From Candidatus Latescibacterota bacterium (GTDB taxonomy: Bacteria > Latescibacterota > CBDEFO01): a DNA stretch of 64,000 nt. Below are positions 19,555 to 29,480 of this stretch, in pieces (positions within the stretch are counted from its first letter, which is position 1; every line of letters starts with the position of its first letter). The notes beneath the pieces were generated by a model. It saw nothing but the letters and a program-made list of their open reading frames with translations. It was not told the DNA's origin and did not search any database. Where the stretch lies: the NCBI GenBank assembly GCA_965248755.1, contig OZ252149.1, positions 1,952,001 to 2,016,000 on the forward strand, read 5' to 3'. A program made the translations under genes and the position numbers.

Positions 19555-20610
19555 ATGAAACTATCCCACTCAGCACTCTACGCTATCCAAGGTGTCCTTT
19601 ATCTGGCCCAGAAGAAGGATCGCGACCTGATAACGACCCACGAGATCAGCGAAAGCTACAGTATTTCTGAGATTCACCTGGCAAAGATATTCCAAGTCCT
19701 TGCCCGAAGGGGCCTTTTGCGTTCCAGCCGTGGTCGCTCTGGAGGATTCGGACTGGCCCGTCCACCGAACCAGATCACCATGCTGGAGGTCATCGAGGCG
19801 GTGGAGGGCTCATTTGTCAACTATGCTCAGATGACCTGTTCAGATCAGTTCCATTGTGAGAAAGACCAAAGTTCGAGACAGATGGATACTTCCGATGCCT
19901 TTGAGGAGCCGACGGCGGAGTGCCAGCCCTTTGGCTCTCTGACGGTAGGTGACTGTGCCGGGACGCCGTCGGTCACCTCCCTTTTGATAAAGGGTCAACA
20001 GAAGATGCTCGACACCTGGAGGCAGGCGACCTTCGACCGCCTGGTCGAGCTAGACTCGAGCCTGCGCACCGAATCGCGGCGCCGTGCGGAGAACCGATCG
20101 CGCATCGGACGGATCTTTGACCTCGCTATTCAGGTTGAGCTGAAGGCATCGGCCATCTACCTTGCCCTGCACACGCAGTTCTGGCAGAACCCAGAGCTTG
20201 CCTACATCTGGTATAACCTTTCTCTGGAGGAGAAGGGACACGCCAGTTGGTTGGAGATGGAACGTAACCTGTTCCATGATCAATCACCCAACGTGGCGGT
20301 GGAGGAGCCTCCCCAGGGGTATTCGGAGGACCAGCTTCTGCAGCTTCTGAACAAGATAGCGCGCATCCAGGACGAAGTCAACCGGCGGGAGGTATCCAAG
20401 TCGCGCAGCTTCGAGATCTTTCAGGAGATCGAGTCGGACATTTCTGAGAAGAACTACCCGAGAGTGCTTACTGGCTATGACGAGGTGATAGGTTCGCTGC
20501 TGAAGAGTCCATTTGCGGAGGAGTCACAGTTCCATTGTCTGATGGAGCAGCATGCTCAGGAACTTACCAGTGAGTCCGATGTATCCGTGCCCAAGTCGCG
20601 TAACGCGTAA
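19555..20610 (+). CDS. Rrf2-family regulator fused to a C-terminal ferritin/rubrerythrin-like domain
   Basis: HLAKIFQVL..GLLRSSRGRSGGFGLARPP..ITMLEVIEAVEG; C-terminal AIQVELKASAIY...LSLEEKGHA. Confidence 0.8.
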   Translation: MKLSHSALYAIQGVLYLAQKKDRDLITTHEISESYSISEIHLAKIFQVLARRGLLRSSRGRSGGFGLARPPNQITMLEVIEAVEGSFVNYAQMTCSDQFHCEKDQSSRQMDTSDAFEEPTAECQPFGSLTVGDCAGTPSVTSLLIKGQQKMLDTWRQATFDRLVELDSSLRTESRRRAENRSRIGRIFDLAIQVELKASAIYLALHTQFWQNPELAYIWYNLSLEEKGHASWLEMERNLFHDQSPNVAVEEPPQGYSEDQLLQLLNKIARIQDEVNRREVSKSRSFEIFQEIESDISEKNYPRVLTGYDEVIGSLLKSPFAEESQFHCLMEQHAQELTSESDVSVPKSRNA

Positions 20611-20828
20611 TTGATATGAAGCCAGTGCGCGACCTCTAGGTAGCGGATTCTGGAATTTGTCATTATGGATATGAGCCTCAACGGTTGCCGTCTTTTCCTT
20701 TTGTCATGTTGATCGGTAGCCCCAAACAGTGGGTTAGCCTCTGCTAGGCCAAAAAGGTTTAATTAGTGTGTCCACAAAACAGAAAAACAGGGTTATATTT
20801 CTGCTTAAACACGCTGTAATTACCAGGA

Positions 20829-22243
20829 GTGATAAAGATGTTCGAGGCCTTTGTGATCGGGTTAAGAGAGGGCGTTGAGATAGCCCTCGTTATCGGTATT
20901 ATCCTGGTGGTGCTCAAGCGCACATCGCGCCGTGATCTGGCGCCTTCGGTATTCTGGGGGTTAGGTTCGGCGATTCTTGCCAGTATCGGTGCGGCCATAG
21001 CACTTAATGTCCTGCCTATCAATGAAGAGGCCTACGAAGGTGTAATGTACTGGGTCTCGGCCCTCTTTGTCGCCTCGATGATGTGGTGGATGCACCGTAA
21101 ATCGAGGACGCTTCGTTTGGATATCGAAGCAAGGGTCGAGCGGTTGGTTGGGAGTAAGAAGGGGGCATGGGCTCTGGGGGCATTCGTGTTCCTCATGGCA
21201 TTTCGCGAAGGCGCAGAGATAGTAATGTTCCTGAGTGCGGACCATCTCACTACGGATTCCCTGCTGGTTTTTATCGGCTCGATCCTGGGGATTGCTACTG
21301 CGGTGGTGTTTTGCGTCATGTTTGTGCGCGGCAGCCTGCAGGTTAACCTGCGACGGTTTTTCGTCGTTACCGAATGGGTACTTGCTATCTTCGTCGTGCA
21401 ATTGTTGGTCAATGGATACCACGAGTTCGCTGAAGCCGGTATTGTGCCGACTACGCAGAAAAGTATGGCCTTGGTAGGGCTAATCGTGAGAAATAATTCG
21501 CTTTTCATCCTGGCCATCGTGGGAATTCCGCTTTTCATCTGGCTGAGCGGGAAACACGAGTCAGCAAAGCCTACCGAGGGGGTACCAGCTGCGGAAAAGC
21601 GGTTACTGGGGGCCAGGGCTAGGCGAGAGTGGGCTTACCGATATGGAGCTGTTGCCAGTATTCTAGTAGTGCTTGCTGTTGTGGGTATCGTCTATGCCCA
21701 GGAACTGATGCCCAAGGAGGTACCACTGCCCGAATTCGTATCGCGTGAAGGTGATGCGGTGGTTGTACCTCTGGAGAAGTTTGACGATGGTAGGCTGCAC
21801 CATCTGGGTTTCATCACCAGCGGACGTATGGTGCGGTTTCTGGCACTGAAGACCTCTGACGGCAAGTGTACCGTGCAGCGCTCGAAGCCTGCGGGATCTG
21901 TGGCTCTTTCGGATACATTCAGGAAGGGGAGAATCTTCTTTGTCTCAATTGTGCTGCAACGATTAATCCCCTAACAGTGGGTGTCCCTGGTGGATGCAAC
22001 CCCATACCGCTGGAGTCCGAGATCACTGCAACACAGCTCTGCATCCGCGTAGAGGCACTGGAGAAGGCAGCTCCGATGTTTGTTGACCTGCTGGGGTTGG
22101 AGGAGATCGATCCGGTCTGTGGGATGTGGGTGAAGTTGAGCAACTCCTTGGGATTTGAGAACTTCAAGGGGAAGACTTACTACTTCTGCCGTGCAGAGTG
22201 TCTGCACACGTTCCAGGTCAACCCAGGTGCATATGCCAAATAA
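20829..22243 (+). CDS. FTR1 iron permease - DUF2318 (Fe-S) - YHS fusion, frameshifted at about 21866
   Basis: Two REGxE motifs (REGVE, REGAE); ACGIC...CLNC...GGCNPIP; DPVCGM...YYFC YHS. Confidence 0.8.
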
Positions 22244-22259
22244 GTGGAGGTGACGAGGA

Positions 22260-23543
22260 ATGCTCCTAAGGCTCCTAACCAATTCCCTGGCTCGCAGAGG
22301 ATCTCGCAAATTCCTTGCCATTGTCGCCATCTGGATCGGCATTAGCTTGGTGATTGCCCTCTTGGCACTCAATGTTGATGTAGGTGACAAGATGAGCCTG
22401 GAGCTTCAGTCCTTCAGCTCCAATATCAAGATTGAGCCGGTAGTCGCATCGACTTCGGCTACAGTCGGCGGGCACGAGATCGCCTTCAAAACTACTTCGG
22501 CATATTTGCATGAAGATGATTTTGCCGAGCTCAAGGCTATCTTTTGGCGCAACAACATCCTGGGTATCTCGCCCCGCCTGTGGGCTCGCGGCCGAGTCAG
22601 AAGCGCGGATGTGCTTCTTCTTGGAGTGTGGTTCGATCATGTGATCCCTGTGAAGGAGGATGAGCCGTTCATCACCGGCGCAAAACAGATATATCCGCAC
22701 TGGCAGGTGGACGGTTCGTGGCCTCTGTATAAGGTAGGATCGCCTCCCCAATGTCTGATTGGTGCTGACTTAGCCCGGAGGCTTAATATCGCTGCGGGGG
22801 ACAAGATCGAGGTCAAGACGGCTCACGGGGCAGAGGCTTTTCTAGTATCGGGCATAGTAACAGGCGGAGAGCGTGAGGATGCAGCGATCATTGCTCCACT
22901 GGAGACCGTTCAGGTGCTGGCCGGAGTTCCCGGCAAGGTTTCCGAGGCTGACGTGAGCGCGCTTACGACACCGGAGAACAAACTGTCCAAGAAATATCGG
23001 CAGGATCCAAGCTCTCTGACCCCGTCTGATTACGAACGCTGGTCTTGCACGTCCTACCCGGGGTCAGTGGCTGCGGATATACAGACGGCGATTCCTGGCT
23101 CTGTGGCGCGCGTGGTGCGCAGGGTTTCTGAAACGCAAGGGGTAGTCCTCACGCGCATCGAAGGGTTAATGTTCCTCTTGGCAATCTTGACATTGGTGGT
23201 CTGCTGTTTGAGCATAACCGGCGTATTAGCCTCAGCGGTCCTGGAACGCCAGGGTGAAGTCGCCTTGATGCAGGCAATTGGAGCACATCGTGCAGACGTG
23301 CTCCTTCTGTTTTTGAGTGAGGCGAGCCTCCTCGGACTGATAGGGGGATTACTTGCCGCAGCAACCGGGTCCTTACTGGGACGATGGTTGGTGCAAGCCA
23401 TCTTTGGAAGCGCGTCGAATATTCACCTCGCGTTAGTCGTGTTTTCACCATTCTTGGGACTGCTTATTGCATGGGTGGGCAGCGTGTGGGCTGTCTGGCG
23501 TATGGTGAATCAGGACACAGTGATGGTGCTGTACGAGAACTGA
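22260..23543 (+). CDS. FtsX/MacB-type ABC permease (Fet/P19-cluster type)
   Basis: IFWRNNI, ALTTPE, WSCTSY and VLERQGEVALMQAIGA motifs. Confidence 0.85.
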   Translation: MLLRLLTNSLARRGSRKFLAIVAIWIGISLVIALLALNVDVGDKMSLELQSFSSNIKIEPVVASTSATVGGHEIAFKTTSAYLHEDDFAELKAIFWRNNILGISPRLWARGRVRSADVLLLGVWFDHVIPVKEDEPFITGAKQIYPHWQVDGSWPLYKVGSPPQCLIGADLARRLNIAAGDKIEVKTAHGAEAFLVSGIVTGGEREDAAIIAPLETVQVLAGVPGKVSEADVSALTTPENKLSKKYRQDPSSLTPSDYERWSCTSYPGSVAADIQTAIPGSVARVVRRVSETQGVVLTRIEGLMFLLAILTLVVCCLSITGVLASAVLERQGEVALMQAIGAHRADVLLLFLSEASLLGLIGGLLAAATGSLLGRWLVQAIFGSASNIHLALVVFSPFLGLLIAWVGSVWAVWRMVNQDTVMVLYEN

Positions 23544-23553
23544 GGAGCGGAAG

Positions 23554-24675
23554 ATGCTTGGCAAGATGGTCCGAAAATCGTTGCTCAAGAGCGTCCCCAT
23601 CAATGTTTGGACGCTGGCAACGCTGACTATGTGTGCAGCGATGGTGGCTATGTTTACCACTATCTACGTCGATGTAGAAAGGAAAATTAGCCATTCGCTG
23701 CGTCGTCTGGGAGCGAACGCGGTCGTCCACTGGGAAGAGGAATCTCCGAAATCCATGCGCAAGACAGCGATTACGAGGGACATACCTAATTGGCCGGTGG
23801 TAGATAAATTGGCGAATGCAGTCGGCGCCGATGTGCTGATGCTTCGAGTACACGTCGGGACTGTCACAGACAAGCCACTGGTGGTGGTCTCAACAGATCC
23901 AGCTACACTTGTCCTAATGACTCCGTACTGGGCGGTGAGTGGAAAGCGTGCCACTGCACCTGGGGAGTGTTTGGTAGGTAAGCGTCTCGCCAGCTCCTTG
24001 AACATCAAGACGGGGACGGTGGTAACGGTGCAGTGGACAACGCCTCAGATGACCAGCGATCTGCAAGTTGTTGGTATCTTCGAATCTGGAGATGAAGATG
24101 AGGATCGGATCTTCACGAACTCTCTTTCCTCCACGGCACAGCCGTCGTTGACCTATGCCCTTCTTTCAGTGCCCGGAGGAGAGCAGGGGATCCGCCTTTT
24201 GGACGAACAGTTGCGCGCTACGGGTTCCGGCGTAACAGTGAAGCCACTCAGGCATATCCTGCACGGTGAGCGAACAGTCCTTCAGAAGATAACGCTCCTG
24301 TCAAGTCTGACGACAATCGTCGTCTTGGTGTTGTCTTCGCTGGGTGTATCAGCCGCCACTCTGCCCCGTATAGTGGAACGCCGACGAGAACTGGCCTTGC
24401 TTCAGGCATTAGGTGCAGTGCGACGGTCAGTCGTGTTTTTCTTGCTGTACGAAAGCACAGTTATGGGCGCTGTCGCGGCTGTTGCTGGCTTTGTTCTTGG
24501 CACAATATTGGCCCAGGCAGTGGTTCAGCATGTGTTTCGTGTGTCAATCACTCCACATCTGGTAGCGTTTCTCGCCGCGCTCGCGGCCACTTTGGGTGTT
24601 GCACTCTTGGCAGGTGGTGTGGTTTCACGTCGTGCCCTGCATATAGAGCCTGCGATAGCGCTGGGAGGAGAATAA
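23554..24675 (+). CDS. Second FtsX/MacB-type ABC permease
   Basis: LRRLGAN, ERRRELALLQALGA and IEPAIAL motifs. Confidence 0.85.
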   Translation: MLGKMVRKSLLKSVPINVWTLATLTMCAAMVAMFTTIYVDVERKISHSLRRLGANAVVHWEEESPKSMRKTAITRDIPNWPVVDKLANAVGADVLMLRVHVGTVTDKPLVVVSTDPATLVLMTPYWAVSGKRATAPGECLVGKRLASSLNIKTGTVVTVQWTTPQMTSDLQVVGIFESGDEDEDRIFTNSLSSTAQPSLTYALLSVPGGEQGIRLLDEQLRATGSGVTVKPLRHILHGERTVLQKITLLSSLTTIVVLVLSSLGVSAATLPRIVERRRELALLQALGAVRRSVVFFLLYESTVMGAVAAVAGFVLGTILAQAVVQHVFRVSITPHLVAFLAALAATLGVALLAGGVVSRRALHIEPAIALGGE

Positions 24676-25378
24676 TGGAAACACTGGCGATCATCTTGAA
24701 TGGAGTCAGCAAGATCTATCCTGTCGGGGTCCGTGCATTGGATGGGGTCAGCCTGAGCATCTCGCAGGGCGAATGTGTAGTCATCACGGGCCCGTCGGGG
24801 TCCGGCAAGACCACACTTTTGAACCTGCTCGATGGTCTTGATAGACCAACAAGCGGCTCTCTCGAGGTGCTGGGAGTAGATATCACCCGTTTGAGCTCAG
24901 ACGAGGCGGCGACGTTTCGGCGAGAACACATTGGGATGGTGTTTCAACAGTTCCATCTTATCCCCTACCTGACTGCACTGGAGAATGTGATGTTGGCACA
25001 GTACTACCACTCGATGGTGGATGAGGCGGAGGCCAGATGCGTCTTGGAATGCTTCGAAATGGTCCATCGTACCGACCACCTGCCTGCCCAGCTCTCCGTG
25101 GGTGAGCAGCAGCGTGTCTGCATTGCCCGTGCGCTGATCAACGATCCGAAATCATTTTGGCTGACGAGCCGACCGGGAATCTGGATGAGACCAATGAGGA
25201 GAAAGTGCTGGAGATCTTTCGCAGGTTGCACAGAGACGGAAAGACGCTCGTCGTTGTGACCCACAACAGGGCACTGGCGTGTGTGGCTGAGAGAACAATC
25301 TTGCTGCGGCATGGGCGAGTCGTAAGGGATAGCCACAGAGCGGGGAGTGCAGAGCTATTGTCTTCACCGGGGTCCTGA
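24675..25378 (+). pseudogene. LolD-like ABC ATPase, frameshifted at about 25150, with a degenerate signature
   Basis: GPSGSGKT; signature reads LSVGEQQ; ADEPTGNLD and VTH lie in the next frame. Confidence 0.85.
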
Positions 25379-25537
25379 GCTGGTTCGAATGATGGCTTAT
25401 GTCCGGGAGTTCATTCTGTTTACTGGTCTACGATAATCTGCTCTATAAGGAACAGAACGTTGAAAGGAAGCTAAAGAGATCCTAACGCCTAAAAGAAAAC
25501 GGATGGCCCTATCAAACCGATTCGGGAAGCGATCAAC

Positions 25538-26069
25538 ATGTTAGAAGAGGTCTGGAAAAGCTTCAACAAGAACAAGATCACCCACAGCGCGGTGCATCAT
25601 CTAATGTCAATTATGGAACTGACTTAGGAGCATGGATACGCCCGCGTATCAGACATTGCCAGGAATTTAGACATCACAAGGGGGAGTGTATCAGTTACTC
25701 TCAGACCACTAAAGGAGAGGGGATACATACTTGAAGACCGAAATAAATTCCTTCTCCTTTCGTCTGAGGGGGAGGGGATCGCGCAGGCTGTTCAGTCCAA
25801 AAGAAAGATATTAATAAAATTCTTCAATGAGGTGCTAAAAGTGGACTCGATGCAGGCGGAGATAGATGCCTGCAAGGTGGAACATCTGATCAGCAGTCAA
25901 ACGGCTGAGAAACTTCTGAGCTTTTTACAATTTCTATTTGACAGGAACAAGGAGACTCAGGCATTCATTGGATGTGTTTTTAAAGCGTAAAGAACGCAAC
26001 GATATATGTGCTGATTTAGATCAATGTCCAGTGTGGGACGGGGGTGAATGTCTTATGCAACAGTTCTAA
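25538..26069 (+). pseudogene. DtxR/MntR metal-dependent repressor with an in-frame TAG (25625-25627) and a probable late frameshift
   Basis: ITHSAVHHL...*EHGYARVSDIARNLDITRGSVS...AEIDACKVEHLIS; main frame stops at 25990; Cys-rich tail in another frame. Confidence 0.85.
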
Positions 26070-26133
26070 TGAAGTTCTAATCGCAGCCGACGCTTACCAT
26101 TCATCTTTTACAAGATCAAAGGAGGTCATCAAA

Positions 26134-27294
26134 ATGCTTTTAACAAGGCGTATGGTATTGGCAGTATTATGCATCTTGGTTACTTACAGTGGCTTGACGT
26201 GGGCGGAGGAAGTTGAAAAGGAGCGTCCAACAGTGCCGGGAGGGATGTACGACAAACCCTATATACGGCGAGCCGGAAGGGGTGCTCTCCTGGGAGGATA
26301 CATGGACCACGAGTTCGAGTGGGCGGAAGACGGGGATAAGACCTTCGATCAGCACAGATTTATCCCCTTCATCTATTCGGAGATCACAGACCGCATCCAC
26401 GTATCTACAGAGATAGAGTACGAGCACGGAGGATTGGTAAAGGGAAAAGGGGAGACGGACGGCGAGATAAAGTTGGAGTTTGCCACCCTCGACTTTGCAA
26501 TAGCCGAATGGCTGAACTTCCGCGGCGGAGTCATATTGTCGCCACTTGGGAAATTCAACCTCATACACGACAGCCCGATAAACGATCTTACAGCCAGACC
26601 TATGGTTGACAGACAGATAATCCCTACGACCTTGAGCGAATCGGGCATGGGAATCTACGGGACGCTCTATCCAACCGAGCTTTCGCTTTTGGGCTATGAG
26701 ATATATGTAGTGAACGGTTTCAACCAAAGGATTATAAAGGGCACGGATACAAGGATCAGGAGCGGAAGGGGGAGTCAGAAGAAGGATAACAACGAGGATA
26801 AGGCGATTACAGCGAGAGTGAACTTCAGTCCGAAATTGGGCATAGATCTGGGGGCGTCGGTTCATACGGGAGATTACGATGATGAGGGCAAATACAATCT
26901 GACGATTTTTGCTCTGGACGGCGCATATACAAGAGGAGCTTTAGATCTTTTAGGCGAGTATGCAAGGGCGGAGATAGATGTAGACAAGGCTGACTTGCCA
27001 AACGCCGCAGAATCTCAGCAGGGATATTACCTTCAGGCAAGCTATCACTTTCTGCACGACGTCATCCTTCCCACCTCTGTCTTTACAGGCGTGGTCAGAT
27101 GGGACTCCGTAGATTTCGACGCGGATATAGATGGCGACGATCAGGAGCGCCTGACCTTGGGCTTAAATTTCAGACCTGTGGAGGATTCCGTCTTCAAGAT
27201 AGACTGGCAGTTCAATTGGAAAAGGGGCGAAAATAGCAGCACCCGGAGCAAGCCCCAAAACCGCTTCTTTTTCTCGATAGCTTCTTATTTTTAG
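26134..27294 (+). CDS. Outer-membrane porin (OprO/P-like beta-barrel)
   Basis: GGAGG RBS, signal peptide, EIEYEH motif, alternating beta strands and C-terminal YF. Confidence 0.8.
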   Translation: MLLTRRMVLAVLCILVTYSGLTWAEEVEKERPTVPGGMYDKPYIRRAGRGALLGGYMDHEFEWAEDGDKTFDQHRFIPFIYSEITDRIHVSTEIEYEHGGLVKGKGETDGEIKLEFATLDFAIAEWLNFRGGVILSPLGKFNLIHDSPINDLTARPMVDRQIIPTTLSESGMGIYGTLYPTELSLLGYEIYVVNGFNQRIIKGTDTRIRSGRGSQKKDNNEDKAITARVNFSPKLGIDLGASVHTGDYDDEGKYNLTIFALDGAYTRGALDLLGEYARAEIDVDKADLPNAAESQQGYYLQASYHFLHDVILPTSVFTGVVRWDSVDFDADIDGDDQERLTLGLNFRPVEDSVFKIDWQFNWKRGENSSTRSKPQNRFFFSIASYF

Positions 27295-27414
27295 ACAGGT
27301 TCTGTCCTCTTGGGGATTCGGTGCGGCTCTGAGTCTATGAGTGTAACATTATCTGTTCCTCCCTCTTGACTTGGAGCCTATCCGGATCCTTGTCAACAAC
27401 AAAGACAAAAAGGG

Positions 27415-28041
27415 ATGCCGATAAAGGAGACTAGCATCTTTAGTCTGAAGACTTTCCTGTATGCTGTAATAGTGAGCTTTCTCTGGGCATCCGTCTGGGC
27501 TCAACAGGAAAGACCGAGCGAAGAGGAGATAGGTTCTATCCAGGTCTATCTGACTCAGGAAGAAGCCTTAAATAAGATGTTCCCGAATGCCGACAGCGTC
27601 TCCCTAGAAGAACGCATTTTAAGCGATGAGGAGAAAAAGGAAATAGAGGAGCGTTTGGGATGGAGGTTAGAAAATAACGAATTCAAGGTCTATATCGGAT
27701 GGAAGGATGATAAGGTCGACGGCTATGCACTGATAACGAACCAGATAGGTATGTACAGACCGATTACCTTTATAGTTAAGGTCAATCCCAAAGGGAAAAT
27801 AGAGAATATGGCTATTATGGTGTATAGAGAATCCAGAGGAGGCGAAGTTAAAAGAAAGCGTTTTTTGCATCAGTTTTTCGGAAAAAGTTCTCAAAGAAAA
27901 ATCAGAATGAACAGGAATATCATCAATATCACAGGGGCTACTCTATCTGTAAGGGCTGTGATTGCTGGCACCAAGAGGGTCTTGACTATAATAGATGAGC
28001 TCTATCTTAGGGAGGACAATGGCACAAATAAGTACAGATAA
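27415..28041 (+). CDS. Extracytosolic FMN-binding (flavinylation substrate) protein
   Basis: Signal peptide; YRESRGGEV and ITGATLS (S/T)GA(S/T) motif. Confidence 0.85.
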   Translation: MPIKETSIFSLKTFLYAVIVSFLWASVWAQQERPSEEEIGSIQVYLTQEEALNKMFPNADSVSLEERILSDEEKKEIEERLGWRLENNEFKVYIGWKDDKVDGYALITNQIGMYRPITFIVKVNPKGKIENMAIMVYRESRGGEVKRKRFLHQFFGKSSQRKIRMNRNIINITGATLSVRAVIAGTKRVLTIIDELYLREDNGTNKYR

Positions 28042-28759
28042 ACCGATTAAGAGAGGCATGCCCGTCAGCAGATCTAATGGAGGCGTAAAAAGACTTAAGA
28101 ATATAACAAAGCAGGTTCATCGGTATATAGGAGCTTCAAGCGCTGTCTTTATATTTCTGCTATCTGTAAGCGGCTTACTTTTGCACTATCCTGGGCTTTT
28201 AGGAGGCGAAGCCGAAAAAATCCTTTCGATGGTTGTGGACCCCGAGGATTACACAAGGATGTTCAAAGGGACTAATATAGGATTGTACCTATCCCGGGAC
28301 GGTGGCGAAAGCTGGGACGAAGTCCCCATGATGCTTCCAGCTGAGAATGTAGTGGATATAGCCTTTGCGCCGGATGAGACGAATAGAATCTATGCGGCTA
28401 TGAGAGATTTCGGAGTAATACGATCAGATGACAGTGGGAGGATATGGGAGAACCTAAATCTGCCCCTTGTACCGGCTGCGGAGGGAGTTGAGATTAGAGG
28501 TCTGGCTTTAGGACCCAAAGGGACGATTTGGTTGAATACATCTCAGGGCGCTCTGTTGAGTTCAAACGCAGGCAAAACCTGGAATTGGGTGGAAAAGAAG
28601 TATAAATCAAATGGACTCTGGGATGTGGTCCATTCAATTCATACAGGCTATTTCTTCGGGAAGTGGTTTACTTACGTCTATGATGCTGCTGCTGTCGGAT
28701 TAGTCCTGCTTATAGGCACCGGCATGTATATCTGGCGAAAAACCAACGGCAGGAATTAG
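28019..28759 (+). CDS. PepSY-associated TM protein with BNR/Asp-box repeats
   Basis: VHRYIG...SVSGLLL, SRDGGESW, SDDSGRIW, SSNAGKTW, IHTG and GTGMYIW. Confidence 0.8.
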   Translation: MAQISTDKPIKRGMPVSRSNGGVKRLKNITKQVHRYIGASSAVFIFLLSVSGLLLHYPGLLGGEAEKILSMVVDPEDYTRMFKGTNIGLYLSRDGGESWDEVPMMLPAENVVDIAFAPDETNRIYAAMRDFGVIRSDDSGRIWENLNLPLVPAAEGVEIRGLALGPKGTIWLNTSQGALLSSNAGKTWNWVEKKYKSNGLWDVVHSIHTGYFFGKWFTYVYDAAAVGLVLLIGTGMYIWRKTNGRN

Positions 28760-28989
28760 AAGGGACATCGAAAACTTATTCCTTAATGGGTGATGATGTG
28801 TAAAATACCGCTGCACGTCTTGCCTCACATGCAGGATCGGGAGAGATCATTGTAAGTGAGGATACCTGCAATGCTGCCGCACTGGATATTGAGAGACTGG
28901 AGAAACGCCGACTTGAGCTGAAGGGACATAGTGAACCTGTAAATGCGCGTGTTATCCGTGTCAGACCTTCTTAAACTTGACCATGCTAC

Positions 28990-29140
28990 TACTGGCTATA
29001 AAAAATCAAATGCGGGATACTACAGGGTTCCGCGGGACGGTAAAGATAATAATGGAGAGAGTCTTGCAAGTGGTGTATATCTCTATCGGATGGAGACGGA
29101 TGGATTTGTGCAGATGAGGAAACTGATATTGATGAGGTAG
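28990..29140 (+). pseudogene. C-terminal FlgD-Ig / secretion-signal-like fragment
   Basis: AGYYRVPRDGKDNNGESLASGVYLYRMETDGFVQMRKLILMR*. Confidence 0.65.
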
Positions 29141-29185
29141 GTTCTAAACCCTTTTTCACAAAAGCTCGCAGAGTATCAAATATGC

Positions 29186-29217
29186 AGTCCGTCAGAAATG
29201 TCGGACTTTCTTCTTTT
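29186..29217 (+). terminator. Intrinsic terminator
   Basis: AGTCCGTCA GAAA TGTCGGACT followed by a T-rich tail; near-copy at 31396. Confidence 0.65.
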
Positions 29218-29383
29218 AAGGTCTTTTTCATGAGTTTTTATAGTTCCTATAAACAATATCACAAAGCACTTGAACCTCACTGTTGACAGTGTTATTATTC
29301 AGTAAAGCAATTCAGCATTACAACCACTTGATAACACGGAGGCTCATAGAGAAGGTAATACAACTGACAACAAAACGGCAAAT

Positions 29384-29480
29384 TCAATTGCCCTTTCCCT
29401 TAAACCTTCTTGCCTTCTGTTTAAACAGCCTTTTTAACTCCAATAATTCCTGATCATTGAATATCCTGAAATTACTTTGG
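29384..29480 (-). pseudogene. 3' remnant of a MerR paralogue of 18350-18692, cut by IS3
   Basis: SNFRIFNDQELLELKRLFKQKARRFKGKGN*; 37 bp identical to 18396-18432. Confidence 0.8.

Noticed and set aside
25625..25627. Pyrrolysine or other stop-codon recoding at the DtxR TAG
   Set aside because: TAG ends many normal genes in the window, no pyl genes are visible, and neighbouring genes show other lesions.
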